Assembly: GCA_965198005.1 (NCBI GenBank)
Contig: CBDAOI010000004.1
Location: 2,126,763 to 2,190,762 of the forward strand
Length of the DNA: 64,000 bases
Source of the DNA: Spirochaetia bacterium
GTDB taxonomy: Bacteria; Spirochaetota; Spirochaetia; SZUA-6; Bin103
Direction of reading: 5' to 3'
Shown: piece after piece, positions 10,025 through 18,190 of the stretch
Numbering within the stretch: position 1 is the first letter of the stretch
Layout of the letters: every line of letters starts with the position of its first letter
Position numbers and translations under genes: made by a program
Notes under the pieces: generated by a model
What the model saw: the letters and a program-made list of their open reading frames with translations, nothing else
Database searches by the model: none
What the model was told of the DNA's origin: nothing

Positions 10025-10067
10025 ATTGCAATAACCTGTACGTTCACCATATCGTGGGAGTGAACGT
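10025..10067. promoter_or_regulatory. candidate operator region: perfect palindrome TATTGCAATA plus inverted repeat ACGTTCAC-N12-GTGAACGT
   Basis: Read directly in a low-GC (about 45%) intergenic stretch upstream of a small gene that has an AAGGAG Shine-Dalgarno. A TATACA -10-like hexamer lies at 10000. Confidence 0.4.
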
Positions 10068-10090
10068 CGACTACTGTTTAAGGAGTTTCC

Positions 10091-10348
10091 ATGCCACGTT
10101 TTACGACTCGTCTCGTCAAGGAAGTCCAGGAACCGACGGTCACCGACAGCCTGGTCCAGAAGTACGGCGCCTATATCTCGCGCATCGACGGGAATTCCGT
10201 CGGCGTCTTGAAGTTTCGGGAGTCGGAAGACATCACGCTGGCGCGAGAAGCCCTGCGGCTTGCTGCAGAAAAGCAGGGCAAGGATCTCATTATTCGCCGT
10301 CCCCGCGGCGTTGACGGCGTGCTTGAGTTCCGATTGCGCAACCGCTAG
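10091..10348 (+). CDS. small hypothetical protein (85 aa), orphan
   Basis: AAGGAG sits 6 nt upstream of the ATG. The ORF is about 58% GC versus about 70% in its flanks. A strong downstream hairpin follows. No family recognised. Confidence 0.5.
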   Translation: MPRFTTRLVKEVQEPTVTDSLVQKYGAYISRIDGNSVGVLKFRESEDITLAREALRLAAEKQGKDLIIRRPRGVDGVLEFRLRNR

Positions 10349-10377
10349 GTCCGAGTACGCTCGCACAATCGAACCAA

Positions 10378-10425
10378 CCACCAGACAGCCCGCGCACCGT
10401 CCCGGCGTGCGGGCTGTCTGGTGGG
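10378..10425 (+). terminator. GC-rich hairpin (terminator-like, no U-tract)
   Basis: CCAGACAGCCCGC..GCAC-loop-GTGC-GGGCTGTCTGG gives a stem of about 16-20 bp immediately after the small ORF. Confidence 0.4.
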
Positions 10426-10452
10426 TCGGTGTAGTCTGCCTGCTGGGCACGG

Positions 10453-11148
10453 ATGATTTCGATCAGCAATGTCACCAAGGTGTATCGTAGCGGCACCACC
10501 GAGGTCGCCGCTTTGCGCGGCGTCAGCCTGGAGGTGGAGCGCGGCGAATTCCTCGCTATCGCCGGACCGTCCGGTTCCGGCAAGTCCACGCTGCTCAACC
10601 TGATCGGCTGTCTGGACGTCGCTACCGGCGGCGACGTGCTGATTGACGGCCAGGCGGTAGCGGGCCTGAGCCGCAAGCAGCTCGCGCTGTTCCGGCGCCA
10701 CCATCTCGGATTCGTGTTCCAGTCGTTCAACCTGATCCCCGTCCTCACCGCCTACGAAAACGTCTCCTTCGCGCTCGCGCTGACCACCCGAGACGCCAAG
10801 GAGGTGCGCTCGCGCAGCCTGCAAATGCTCAAGCAGGTCGGCTTGCAGGACATGACCGACCGCCGGCCCGGTGAGCTCTCCGGCGGCCAGCAGCAACGGG
10901 TGGCGATCGCGCGGGCGCTGGTCAAGGAGCCGCAGATCGTGCTCGCGGACGAGCCCACCGCCAACGTCGATTCCGAGACCGGCGAGGGGCTGCTGGAACT
11001 GATGCGCCGGCTCAACCGGCAGCGCGGCTCCACCTTCATCTTCTCCACCCACGATGCCATGGTGATGGACTATGCCGACCGCTTGGTGCGGTTGCAGGAC
11101 GGCCGCGTCTCCGGCGACGAGCGCCGCACGGCCGCGGCCGGGAGCTGA
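10453..11148 (+). CDS. ABC transporter ATP-binding protein (LolD/MacB/FtsE-like)
   Basis: Walker A GPSGSGKST, Q-loop, signature LSGGQQQRVAIARAL, Walker B ILADEPT and an H-loop. Confidence 0.9.
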   Translation: MISISNVTKVYRSGTTEVAALRGVSLEVERGEFLAIAGPSGSGKSTLLNLIGCLDVATGGDVLIDGQAVAGLSRKQLALFRRHHLGFVFQSFNLIPVLTAYENVSFALALTTRDAKEVRSRSLQMLKQVGLQDMTDRRPGELSGGQQQRVAIARALVKEPQIVLADEPTANVDSETGEGLLELMRRLNRQRGSTFIFSTHDAMVMDYADRLVRLQDGRVSGDERRTAAAGS

Positions 11149-11153
11149 GCGCC

Positions 11154-12497
11154 GTGGCCTCGACCTCGTCCGCCGCCGTGACCGCGGTGCCGCACGGCCC
11201 ACGCTCCGCCTCCGCCGGCGGCCATGACCTGAAGTTTCTGCTCCGGCTGGCCTGGAAAAACCTCAGCCGCCACCGCCGCCGCACCGTCATCACCGCCGGC
11301 GCCCTGGCGGTGAGCGTCGCCATGTTCATCTTCATGGACTCGATGCTGCGCGGCATCGACACCGAATCGCAGCGCAACCTGGTGTGGTACGAGACCGGCA
11401 CCGGCCGCATCGTCAGCTCGGATCAGTACCGCGACCTGCGGCGGCCCCGGCTGCGACACGAGATCGTCGACTACCGCCCGCTGAGCGCGTGGTTGAACGA
11501 GCGCGGCGTGGCCAACGCCCCGCGCATCACCTTCACCGGCGAGCTGTTCTTCGGCGAGGGCGCGCTGCCGGTGCGGCTGGTCGGTATCGATCCGGCCAGC
11601 GACCCGCAGGTGTTCCGGCTGCCCGAAGCCCTGCTGCCCGGCAGCGAGTTCCTTGCGGCCGGCGTCCCGGGACTGCTGCTGGGCGCCTGGATGGCCGAGG
11701 ATCTGGGGATCGCCGCCGGCGACTTCGTGGAGGTGCGTACCCGCACCCGCCACGGCGCGGTGCAGACGCTGGAGCTGGAAGTGGTGGGCATCCTGCTCAG
11801 CCCCAACCCGACCATCAACCGGGGTGTGGGGTTTCTGCCGCTCGACGTGGTCCAGTACGACCTCGACCTGGCGGGCGTTACCGAGGTGGTCCTCGGCGCG
11901 TTGCGCACGTCCATGGGACGCCGCATCGCGGTGCCGTCCGGCGCGGTCCTGAAGCGCGAGATCGAACGTCTGAACGCCGACCTGGCAGGTGCGATGCCCG
12001 GCGTCACCGCGGCCGGATGGCACCAACTGGCGCCCGATTACCTGGCCATAGTCGAGTCCAAGCAGTCGAGCAACGGGCTGCTGCTGTTCCTGATCTTCCT
12101 GATCGCGGCGGTGGGCATCTCCAACACCATGCTGATCGCGGTGTATGAACGGTTCCGCGAGTTCGGGATGATGCGCGCCCTGGGCATGGACGACGCCGCG
12201 GTCCGCGCCACCATGGTGTTCGAGGCCGGTGCGATCGGCCTGATCGGAGCGCTGGCGGGACTGGTGGTGGGCGCCGCCGCCACCTGGTGGCTGGTCAACT
12301 GGGGCCTCGACCTGAGCGGGCTGTACGGCAACGTCAACATCGGCTACCGGGTGACCGGCATCTTCCGCGGCGCCTGGAACCCGGGCATCATGCTCACCGC
12401 AGTGATCTTCGGGGTGGTCGCGAGCATGCTGATCGCCCTGCTGCCGGCGCGCCGGGCGCTCAAGCTCGACGTGGCGCAGTGCCTGCGCTACGAGTAG
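11154..12497 (+). CDS. ABC transporter permease, FtsX/MacB-type (LolC/E-like), copy 1
   Basis: N-terminal TM, a large periplasmic domain and a C-terminal FtsX 3-TM bundle. About 75% identical to the permease at 13850..15121. Confidence 0.85.
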   Translation: MASTSSAAVTAVPHGPRSASAGGHDLKFLLRLAWKNLSRHRRRTVITAGALAVSVAMFIFMDSMLRGIDTESQRNLVWYETGTGRIVSSDQYRDLRRPRLRHEIVDYRPLSAWLNERGVANAPRITFTGELFFGEGALPVRLVGIDPASDPQVFRLPEALLPGSEFLAAGVPGLLLGAWMAEDLGIAAGDFVEVRTRTRHGAVQTLELEVVGILLSPNPTINRGVGFLPLDVVQYDLDLAGVTEVVLGALRTSMGRRIAVPSGAVLKREIERLNADLAGAMPGVTAAGWHQLAPDYLAIVESKQSSNGLLLFLIFLIAAVGISNTMLIAVYERFREFGMMRALGMDDAAVRATMVFEAGAIGLIGALAGLVVGAAATWWLVNWGLDLSGLYGNVNIGYRVTGIFRGAWNPGIMLTAVIFGVVASMLIALLPARRALKLDVAQCLRYE

Positions 12498-12532
12498 CGG
12501 TGGCGCTACGAGTAGCGGTGGCGCTACGAGTG
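12484..12532 (+). repeat. 18-bp tandem repeat x2.7 (GCGCTACGAGTAGCGGTG) spanning the stop codon of permease copy 1
   Basis: Read directly. Each unit contains an in-frame stop (TAG, TAG, TGA) preceded by RYE codons. Confidence 0.75.
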
Positions 12533-12546
12533 ACCGGGAGCGGGGC

Positions 12547-13845
12547 GTGAAGCTGTGGCGCATCGCCGTGCGCAACGTGGCGCGCAACAAGCGCCGCTCG
12601 CTGCTGTCCGGCTCCGCCATCACCGTGGCGACGCTGTCCGTGGTGCTGCTGTTCTCGGTGCTCGGCGGCATGCTCGGCGATCTGGTGGCCACCACGCTGA
12701 CCTACGACAGCGGGCACGCCCGCGTGCGCCATGCCGAGTACGGCCGCTACGAGACCCTCAACCCGGTGCACCTGGCCGTGACCGACGCCGGCAGCGTGGT
12801 AGAACGGCTGCAGGAGCTGCCGGAAGTGACCGGCGTGCTGCCGCGGGTGCGCTTCGCCGGCGCCATCTATCGCGAAGACCGCAACCACGGCGCCTTCGGC
12901 CTGGGCCTCGACTTCGCCCGCGAGATCGAGGTGGCGCGCGACCGGCTGCCGCAGATGAGCGGCGCCGCCGCCGGCAGCGCCACCCTGGAGCAGTTCGCCC
13001 GCGCCTGGCAGCTCGAGGTGCACGGCGGCAGCCTGCCACGCGCCGGCGAGCGCGAGCTGCTGATCAGTGCGGCGCTGGCCGAGGAGCTGGGACTGGCGGC
13101 GGGCGACAAGCTGACGATCCTCACCCGCACCGCGCTGCTGAGCACCCAGGCCTGGACCTTCACGGTGAGCGGCGTGGTCGGCTTTCCGATCGGCGGCATG
13201 CGCGGCCTGCTGCTGGCGCCGCTGGACACGGTGCAGCGCTTCCTCAAGTTGACCGCGGCCGACGCGGTCACCGAGATCCTGCTCTACACCGGCAGCGAGG
13301 AGGAGGTGCCGGCGCTCACCGAAGCGTTGGCATCCGCGCTGCCGGAGCGCGATCCGGGGCTTGCCGTGCAGGCGTGGACCGACACCAACCCGATGTTCTC
13401 GATGCTCCAGGTCGCCAGCCGGATCTACGACGTCATCGGGCTGTTCTTCTTCCTGCTGGCCACCACGGTGATCGTCAACACCACAATGATGGTAGTATTC
13501 GAACGCATGAAGGAGATCGGCACCATCGCCGCGCTGGGGATGACCGGCAACCAGATTACGCGCCTGTTCTTCCTGGAAGCACTGTTCATCGGCATGGGCG
13601 CGGCGCTGCTTGGGGTGGCGCTGGGCTGCGCCATCGTGCTGCCGCTGTCGCAGGTGGGGATCGACTACAGCGCCGCCATGGAAGGCGTGGAGCTCAACAT
13701 GTCGGACGTGTTGTTCCCCCGGCTCAGCGTGCGCTCCACCGTGCTGGTATTCCTGTACTCCATTGCGGTGACCGCGGCGGCTTCCTACTGGCCGGCGCGC
13801 AAGGCGGCCCGGCTGCAGCCGGTGGTGGCGTTGCGCGCCGCCTGA
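12547..13845 (+). CDS. ABC transporter permease, FtsX/MacB-type, copy 2 (divergent)
   Basis: GTG start. Same FtsX topology, but the periplasmic domain differs from copies 1 and 3. Confidence 0.8.
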   Translation: MKLWRIAVRNVARNKRRSLLSGSAITVATLSVVLLFSVLGGMLGDLVATTLTYDSGHARVRHAEYGRYETLNPVHLAVTDAGSVVERLQELPEVTGVLPRVRFAGAIYREDRNHGAFGLGLDFAREIEVARDRLPQMSGAAAGSATLEQFARAWQLEVHGGSLPRAGERELLISAALAEELGLAAGDKLTILTRTALLSTQAWTFTVSGVVGFPIGGMRGLLLAPLDTVQRFLKLTAADAVTEILLYTGSEEEVPALTEALASALPERDPGLAVQAWTDTNPMFSMLQVASRIYDVIGLFFFLLATTVIVNTTMMVVFERMKEIGTIAALGMTGNQITRLFFLEALFIGMGAALLGVALGCAIVLPLSQVGIDYSAAMEGVELNMSDVLFPRLSVRSTVLVFLYSIAVTAAASYWPARKAARLQPVVALRAA

Positions 13846-13849
13846 GTCG

Positions 13850-15121
13850 ATGACCGCGACGCTGTTCCGGCTGGCCGTGCGCAATCTCGGCCGCCACCGC
13901 CGCCGCACGTTGATAACCGCCGCGGCGCTGGCGGCCGGGATCGCGCTGTTCATCTTCATGGATTCGATGCTGCGCGGGATGGACTCCGAGTCGCAGCGCA
14001 ACCTGGTGTGGTACGAGACCGGCTCCGGCCGCATCGTCGGCCGCGCGCAGCACGCCGAGCTGGAGCGGCCGGCCCTGAAACACGAGATCGTCGAGTATCG
14101 GCCGCTGCTCGCCGCGCTGGCGGAGCGCGGAGTGGCCGCGGCCCCCCGCATCCGTTTCACCGGCGAGCTGTTCTTCGGCGAGGGCTCGCTGCCGGTGCGC
14201 CTGGTGGGCATCGACCCGGCGCTCGATCCCGAGGTGTTCCGGCTGCCCGGAAGCGTGCTGCCCGGAGGTGGGTACCTTGAGAGCGGCGTTCCGGGGCTGC
14301 TGCTCGGCGCCTGGATGGCCGAGGACCTGCAGATCGCCGTGGGCGACTTCGTCGAGGTGCGGACCCGTACCCGCCATGGCGCGGTGCAGACCCTGGAGCT
14401 GGAGCTGGTGGGCATCCTGCGCAGCCCGAACCCCACCATCAACCGGGGAGTGGGCTTCCTGCCCCTCGACGTCGCCCAGCTCGACCTCGACCTGGAGGGG
14501 GTAACGGAAATCTCTCTCGGCGCGCTGCGCACCCGGCTCGGACGTCCCGTCCCGGTGCCGGTGGGGGCGACCCTGGAACGCGAGGTTCAGCGCCTGAACG
14601 AGGACCTGGCAACCGCCTTCCCGGGCGTGGTGGCGGTGGGCTGGACCGAGCTGGCGCGGGACTACCTGGCGGTGTTGGAGACGGACAGCGCGGGCACCAG
14701 CATCATGCTGCTCCTGGTGTTTCTGATCGCCGCGGTGGGCGTGTCCAACACCATGCTGATCGCGGTGTACGAACGGATCCGTGAGTTCGGGACGATGCGT
14801 GCGCTGGGCATGGACGACGGTGCGATTCGCGCCACGATGGTGCTGGAGGCGGGAGCGATCGGTCTGCTGGGGTCGCTGGCGGGGGTGGCAGTGGGCGCCG
14901 TCGCAACCTGGTGGCTGGTGAACTGGGGCATCGACATGAGCGGAATGTACGGCGACGTAAGCGTCGGCTACCGGGTGACCGGGATCTTCCGCGGTGCCTG
15001 GAATCCGGGGACCATGGTGGCGGCGGTGATCTTCGGGATTGCGGCCAGCATGGCGATCGCGCTGCTGCCGGCGCGCCGGGCGCTCAAGCTCGACGTCGCG
15101 CAGTGTCTGCGCCACGAGTAG
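13850..15121 (+). CDS. ABC transporter permease, FtsX/MacB-type, copy 3 (paralog of copy 1)
   Basis: The N-terminus LAVRNLGRHRRRTLITAAALA...FIFMDSMLRGMDSESQRNLVWYETGSGRIV and the C-terminus ARRALKLDVAQCLRHE closely parallel copy 1. Confidence 0.85.
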   Translation: MTATLFRLAVRNLGRHRRRTLITAAALAAGIALFIFMDSMLRGMDSESQRNLVWYETGSGRIVGRAQHAELERPALKHEIVEYRPLLAALAERGVAAAPRIRFTGELFFGEGSLPVRLVGIDPALDPEVFRLPGSVLPGGGYLESGVPGLLLGAWMAEDLQIAVGDFVEVRTRTRHGAVQTLELELVGILRSPNPTINRGVGFLPLDVAQLDLDLEGVTEISLGALRTRLGRPVPVPVGATLEREVQRLNEDLATAFPGVVAVGWTELARDYLAVLETDSAGTSIMLLLVFLIAAVGVSNTMLIAVYERIREFGTMRALGMDDGAIRATMVLEAGAIGLLGSLAGVAVGAVATWWLVNWGIDMSGMYGDVSVGYRVTGIFRGAWNPGTMVAAVIFGIAASMAIALLPARRALKLDVAQCLRHE

Positions 15122-15177
15122 CGGCCAGGTTGGACGGCCCGCGACCGGATCGAGTACCTTTCCGGAGGGGGTGGTTG

Positions 15178-15933
15178 ATGATGAAGACTCGGCGATGCGC
15201 GCGCGGCGGAATGCTGCTGTCGCTGGTGTTTCTGACCGGCGCCGTACCGCTCGGCGCTCTGACCGGAGCGGAGGTGATCCAGCAGATGGAGCGCAATGAG
15301 CGCCATTCCTCGGTGCACTCCACCGGCGCGCTGGAGATCAGCGACCGGTTCGGAACCCGCACCAAGACCTTCATCTCGACCGCGGTGGGCGACGACCGCT
15401 CATTGCTGGAGTTCACCAACCCGGAGGAAGCGGGACAGAAGATCCTGCGCCTGGACGACGATCTCTATCTCTACTTTCCGGAGGCGGAAGAGGTGATCCA
15501 TCTGCAGGGCGCGGCACTGCGCGAGAACGTCCTCGGGTCCGACTTCTCGTACGAGGACATGACCGGAGAGGGCAGCCTGCTGGAAGACTACCAGGTGGAA
15601 CTGGAGGGCACCGAGCCGATCGACGGTCACGACTGTTACCGGCTGCGGCTCACCGCCACCCGGCGCGACGTGGTGTATCCGATCCAGGTGGTGTGGATCG
15701 ACGCCGAGCGGTTCGTCACGCGCCGCGTGGAGCAGTTTTCCCGGCGCGGCCGGCCGCTCAAGCAGATGACGATCTCCGACTACCGCGAAGTGGGCGACAA
15801 GCTGATTCCGGTGCGGCTGGAGATGTCGGATCTGATGAAGAAGGACTCGCGCACGATGTTCCTGATCGAGACCATCGAGGTGGACATCGCGATCGACGAG
15901 AGTCTGTTCTCGCTGGAGGAGCTGACCTTTTGA
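15178..15933 (+). CDS. LolA-like outer-membrane lipoprotein-sorting protein family (putative)
   Basis: Signal peptide MMKTRRCARGGMLLSLVFLTGAVPLGA. Mature domain of about 220 aa with LolA-like (half-barrel) family features. It immediately follows the Lol-like ABC genes. Confidence 0.6.
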   Translation: MMKTRRCARGGMLLSLVFLTGAVPLGALTGAEVIQQMERNERHSSVHSTGALEISDRFGTRTKTFISTAVGDDRSLLEFTNPEEAGQKILRLDDDLYLYFPEAEEVIHLQGAALRENVLGSDFSYEDMTGEGSLLEDYQVELEGTEPIDGHDCYRLRLTATRRDVVYPIQVVWIDAERFVTRRVEQFSRRGRPLKQMTISDYREVGDKLIPVRLEMSDLMKKDSRTMFLIETIEVDIAIDESLFSLEELTF

Positions 15934-17075
15934 GCGCGCTGGCGGGCGGGCGGGCGGTGGCGGCGCTGCTGCTGGGCCTGCTGGCGGCGGCGTCCGCGAG
16001 CGCTGATCTGCGTACCGTCGTGACGGTGGAGGCGCGCCTGACCGGGCTGTCCGACCCGGGCGGCGTACCGCTGCTCGTCGGCGGCGGCAGCGCCCGCCTC
16101 GATCTGGCAGCGACCGGCAACCGCAACGTGCGCGGCCAGCTCAGCCTGAGCGCCGAGCTGCGGCGTACGGAGGACGCGGCCGGGGCGCCAGCCGCGGTCG
16201 AGGTGGAGCGCGCCTTTGTGCGCGCCCGGCTGCCCGGGTTCCGCCTCACCGCGGGCAAGACCCGTCTGGCCTGGGGCCGGGGCCGGTTGTTCAACGCCGG
16301 CGACATCCTGTTCGGGCAACGGCCGGCGTTCGCGGCCGGCGCCGGCGAGTTCCTCACGGCCGCCGACTGGCTGGTGGCCGCCTACGTGCCGTTGGGCCGG
16401 CTGTCGTTCCTGGAACTGGTCGCGTTGCCGCCGCTCGACCCGTTCACCATCGACCGCACCGACGCCGGCGGCCGCCTCCTGCTACGGCTGGGAGAGCTGA
16501 CCGTGGAGAGCGGCTACCTGTACGCAGCCGCGCGCGCGGCCGCGGCGCAGGCGCGGGAGCGGGAGCACCGCGGCTACCTCAGTCTGAAGGGAGCGGCCGC
16601 CGGCATCGACTGGCATCTGAGTGCCGGCACCGCGCTGCCCGCCACTCCCGGGGCCGATCTGCGCCGGGCGGCCGAGCAGCACCTGCTGCTCACCGGCGGC
16701 GGCCTCGGGTTCCTGGATCTCGGGCCGGAAGCCGGGGTCGTCATGCTGCTGCTCGAAGCGGGCGTACGGCCGTGGCGCGCGTGGCAGGACACCACTCCCC
16801 CGCCCTCCCCGACGCTCGACCACTACGGCGTGTACCTGTTTCCCGAAGTGGGCTACAGCCCCGCCGACGGCTTGAACCTGTCGCTGAGCGGCGTGCTGTC
16901 TCCGATCGACAGCTCGGGGGTCGCCGCCGCCGGCGCCTCCTGGAACATCCTGCAGGGACTGACCCTGGGGCTGTACACTTCGGTGACGTATGGCCACGCC
17001 GACGCCACCTTCGCCTGGGAGCGCCCGGGCGGACTGGCCGCTACCCTGCTCGCCCGCTACGTATTCGGCTCGTGA
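15930..17075 (+). CDS. secreted hypothetical protein (possible outer-membrane protein)
   Basis: The TTG start overlaps the upstream stop (TTTTGA). Signal peptide LSALAGGRAVAALLLGLLAAASASA. Gly/Ala-rich beta-type sequence ending YVFGS. Confidence 0.45.
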   Translation: MSALAGGRAVAALLLGLLAAASASADLRTVVTVEARLTGLSDPGGVPLLVGGGSARLDLAATGNRNVRGQLSLSAELRRTEDAAGAPAAVEVERAFVRARLPGFRLTAGKTRLAWGRGRLFNAGDILFGQRPAFAAGAGEFLTAADWLVAAYVPLGRLSFLELVALPPLDPFTIDRTDAGGRLLLRLGELTVESGYLYAAARAAAAQAREREHRGYLSLKGAAAGIDWHLSAGTALPATPGADLRRAAEQHLLLTGGGLGFLDLGPEAGVVMLLLEAGVRPWRAWQDTTPPPSPTLDHYGVYLFPEVGYSPADGLNLSLSGVLSPIDSSGVAAAGASWNILQGLTLGLYTSVTYGHADATFAWERPGGLAATLLARYVFGS

Positions 17076-17111
17076 TGAGACCGCCGCACGTGATCTCGGG
17101 TATACTGCGGC

Positions 17112-17429
17112 ATGCTGCACGTAATCGTCACCATGCACGTCAAGCCGGGCCGTCTCGAGGAATTCCTGGTGCTGGCGCGCGCACTCGGAAAGCTGGCCGA
17201 GGCCGAAGCAGGCTGCGTGCGTTACCAGTACACGGTTGACACCCCCTCGCCGCTCTCGATTCAGGATCCGGTAGACCCCCACCGGGTGACGCTGATCGAG
17301 CAATGGGAGTCCCCCGCGACGCTGGCCACGCATCTTCAGGCACCACACATGAAGCAGTACGGGCCGCCCATGAACGAACTGCGTACCGGCGGCCTCACCG
17401 CCCGCGTCACCCGCCCGATCGACTCCTGA
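17112..17429 (+). CDS. antibiotic biosynthesis monooxygenase (ABM) family protein / putative quinol monooxygenase
   Basis: 105 aa with the ABM ferredoxin-like signature: ...V.V.PG..EEF......L......E.GC..Y......P......E.W.S..A...H. Confidence 0.65.
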   Translation: MLHVIVTMHVKPGRLEEFLVLARALGKLAEAEAGCVRYQYTVDTPSPLSIQDPVDPHRVTLIEQWESPATLATHLQAPHMKQYGPPMNELRTGGLTARVTRPIDS

Positions 17430-17512
17430 GAGATTCGCCGGCCGCGCGCGCCCAACCCTCCGCCAGGGTACGACTGCGCCAACTGGCGGAACGCGTTGCC
17501 GGCGGCTATCTC

Positions 17513-17905
17513 ATGCTGCTCCGCGTGAGCGCCGTGGTGCTGATCGTGGCCGCGGCCGCGGCCGTGTGCGGGCTCATCATCGCCACGCCCTTGTGGCTGT
17601 TCGCGACTCGGGCCACCGCCTCTTACAACGTGTTCGTCGCGGTCGTCGCGGTCGCCGCGCTGGGCGGGACGCTGGCTGTGCGCCTGGCGCGCCGTACGCG
17701 CCAGGCGCACAGCGGCCGCCGCGCATTGGTTTCCGGAGCGCAGGTCCTGGCCCGCACGGTCGCGGCGATCGCAATTGCCTGCGCGCATCTGCTGGCCTTC
17801 ACCCGCTGGGGGTTGATCGCTGGACTGGTGGGCCTGCCGGTCACGCTCGGGGTGCTCGGGGTGCTCCTGTTCGGGGGCCGCCGTCCGCGCTCCGAGTCGT
17901 TCTGA
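17513..17905 (+). CDS. hypothetical membrane protein
   Basis: Four predicted TM helices with Ala/Leu/Val-rich segments. The function is not recognised. Confidence 0.35.
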   Translation: MLLRVSAVVLIVAAAAAVCGLIIATPLWLFATRATASYNVFVAVVAVAALGGTLAVRLARRTRQAHSGRRALVSGAQVLARTVAAIAIACAHLLAFTRWGLIAGLVGLPVTLGVLGVLLFGGRRPRSESF

Positions 17906-17924
17906 GAAATCTGAGAATACTGCT

Positions 17925-17955
17925 TGAACGCTTATCGGAATGTTCGGTATAATCG
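17925..17955 (+). promoter_or_regulatory. near-consensus sigma70-type promoter TTGAAC-N18-TATAAT
   Basis: Read directly in an intergenic region of reduced GC. There is no ORF with a Shine-Dalgarno downstream before the terminator. Confidence 0.45.
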
Positions 17956-17959
17956 CTGG

Positions 17960-18150
17960 TGACGAGCCGGAGGAGCGGTGGTGGTGCACTCGGCGGGTTC
18001 CGGGAAAGCCCACATCGTTGCTTCAGGTTTCGTCCATGCTGTCGATAATTAGGGTGTCGGTAACAGCTATAGTTCCCCTCCCAGTTTACTATACTGATGT
18101 GCCGGCACCCGAAAGGGTAGGTCGGTCCCGTCCCGGGGCCGACCTTTTTT
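17960..18150 (+). ncRNA. candidate small RNA or cis-regulatory leader (about 190 nt) ending in an intrinsic terminator, immediately upstream of PBP1A
   Basis: Promoter at 17925-17955. Terminator at 18120-18150: an 11-bp stem GGTCGGTCCCG/CGGGGCCGACC with a 3-nt loop and TTTTTTATT. Only a short poor-quality ORF lies between them. The RNA family could not be identified. Confidence 0.35.
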
Positions 18151-18190
18151 ATTGCCGCTGCCACCGGCTCGGGCGCCCGGCAGGAGCGCT

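Noticed and set aside
10015-10314. 99-aa ORF overlapping the small low-GC gene in another frame
   Set aside because: It has no Shine-Dalgarno and starts inside the operator palindromes. The 10091..10348 frame has an AAGGAG Shine-Dalgarno and a terminator, and is preferred.
12484-12532. CRISPR array or minisatellite
   Set aside because: Only 2.7 units of 18 bp with no spacers. Similar short tandem repeats at 5921-5945 and 48283-48406 are also far too short and have no cas genes nearby.
12460-14532. 690-aa minus-strand ORF
   Set aside because: It is antisense to two clearly real FtsX permease genes. Low-complexity Arg/Ala/Gly composition; no recognisable domain.
17960-18150. Assignment of the candidate RNA to 6S, SRP, RNase P or tmRNA
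   Set aside because: The size resembles 6S. I could not find the SRP domain-IV motif, RNase P P4 sequences or tmRNA termini. It is left as an unclassified candidate.
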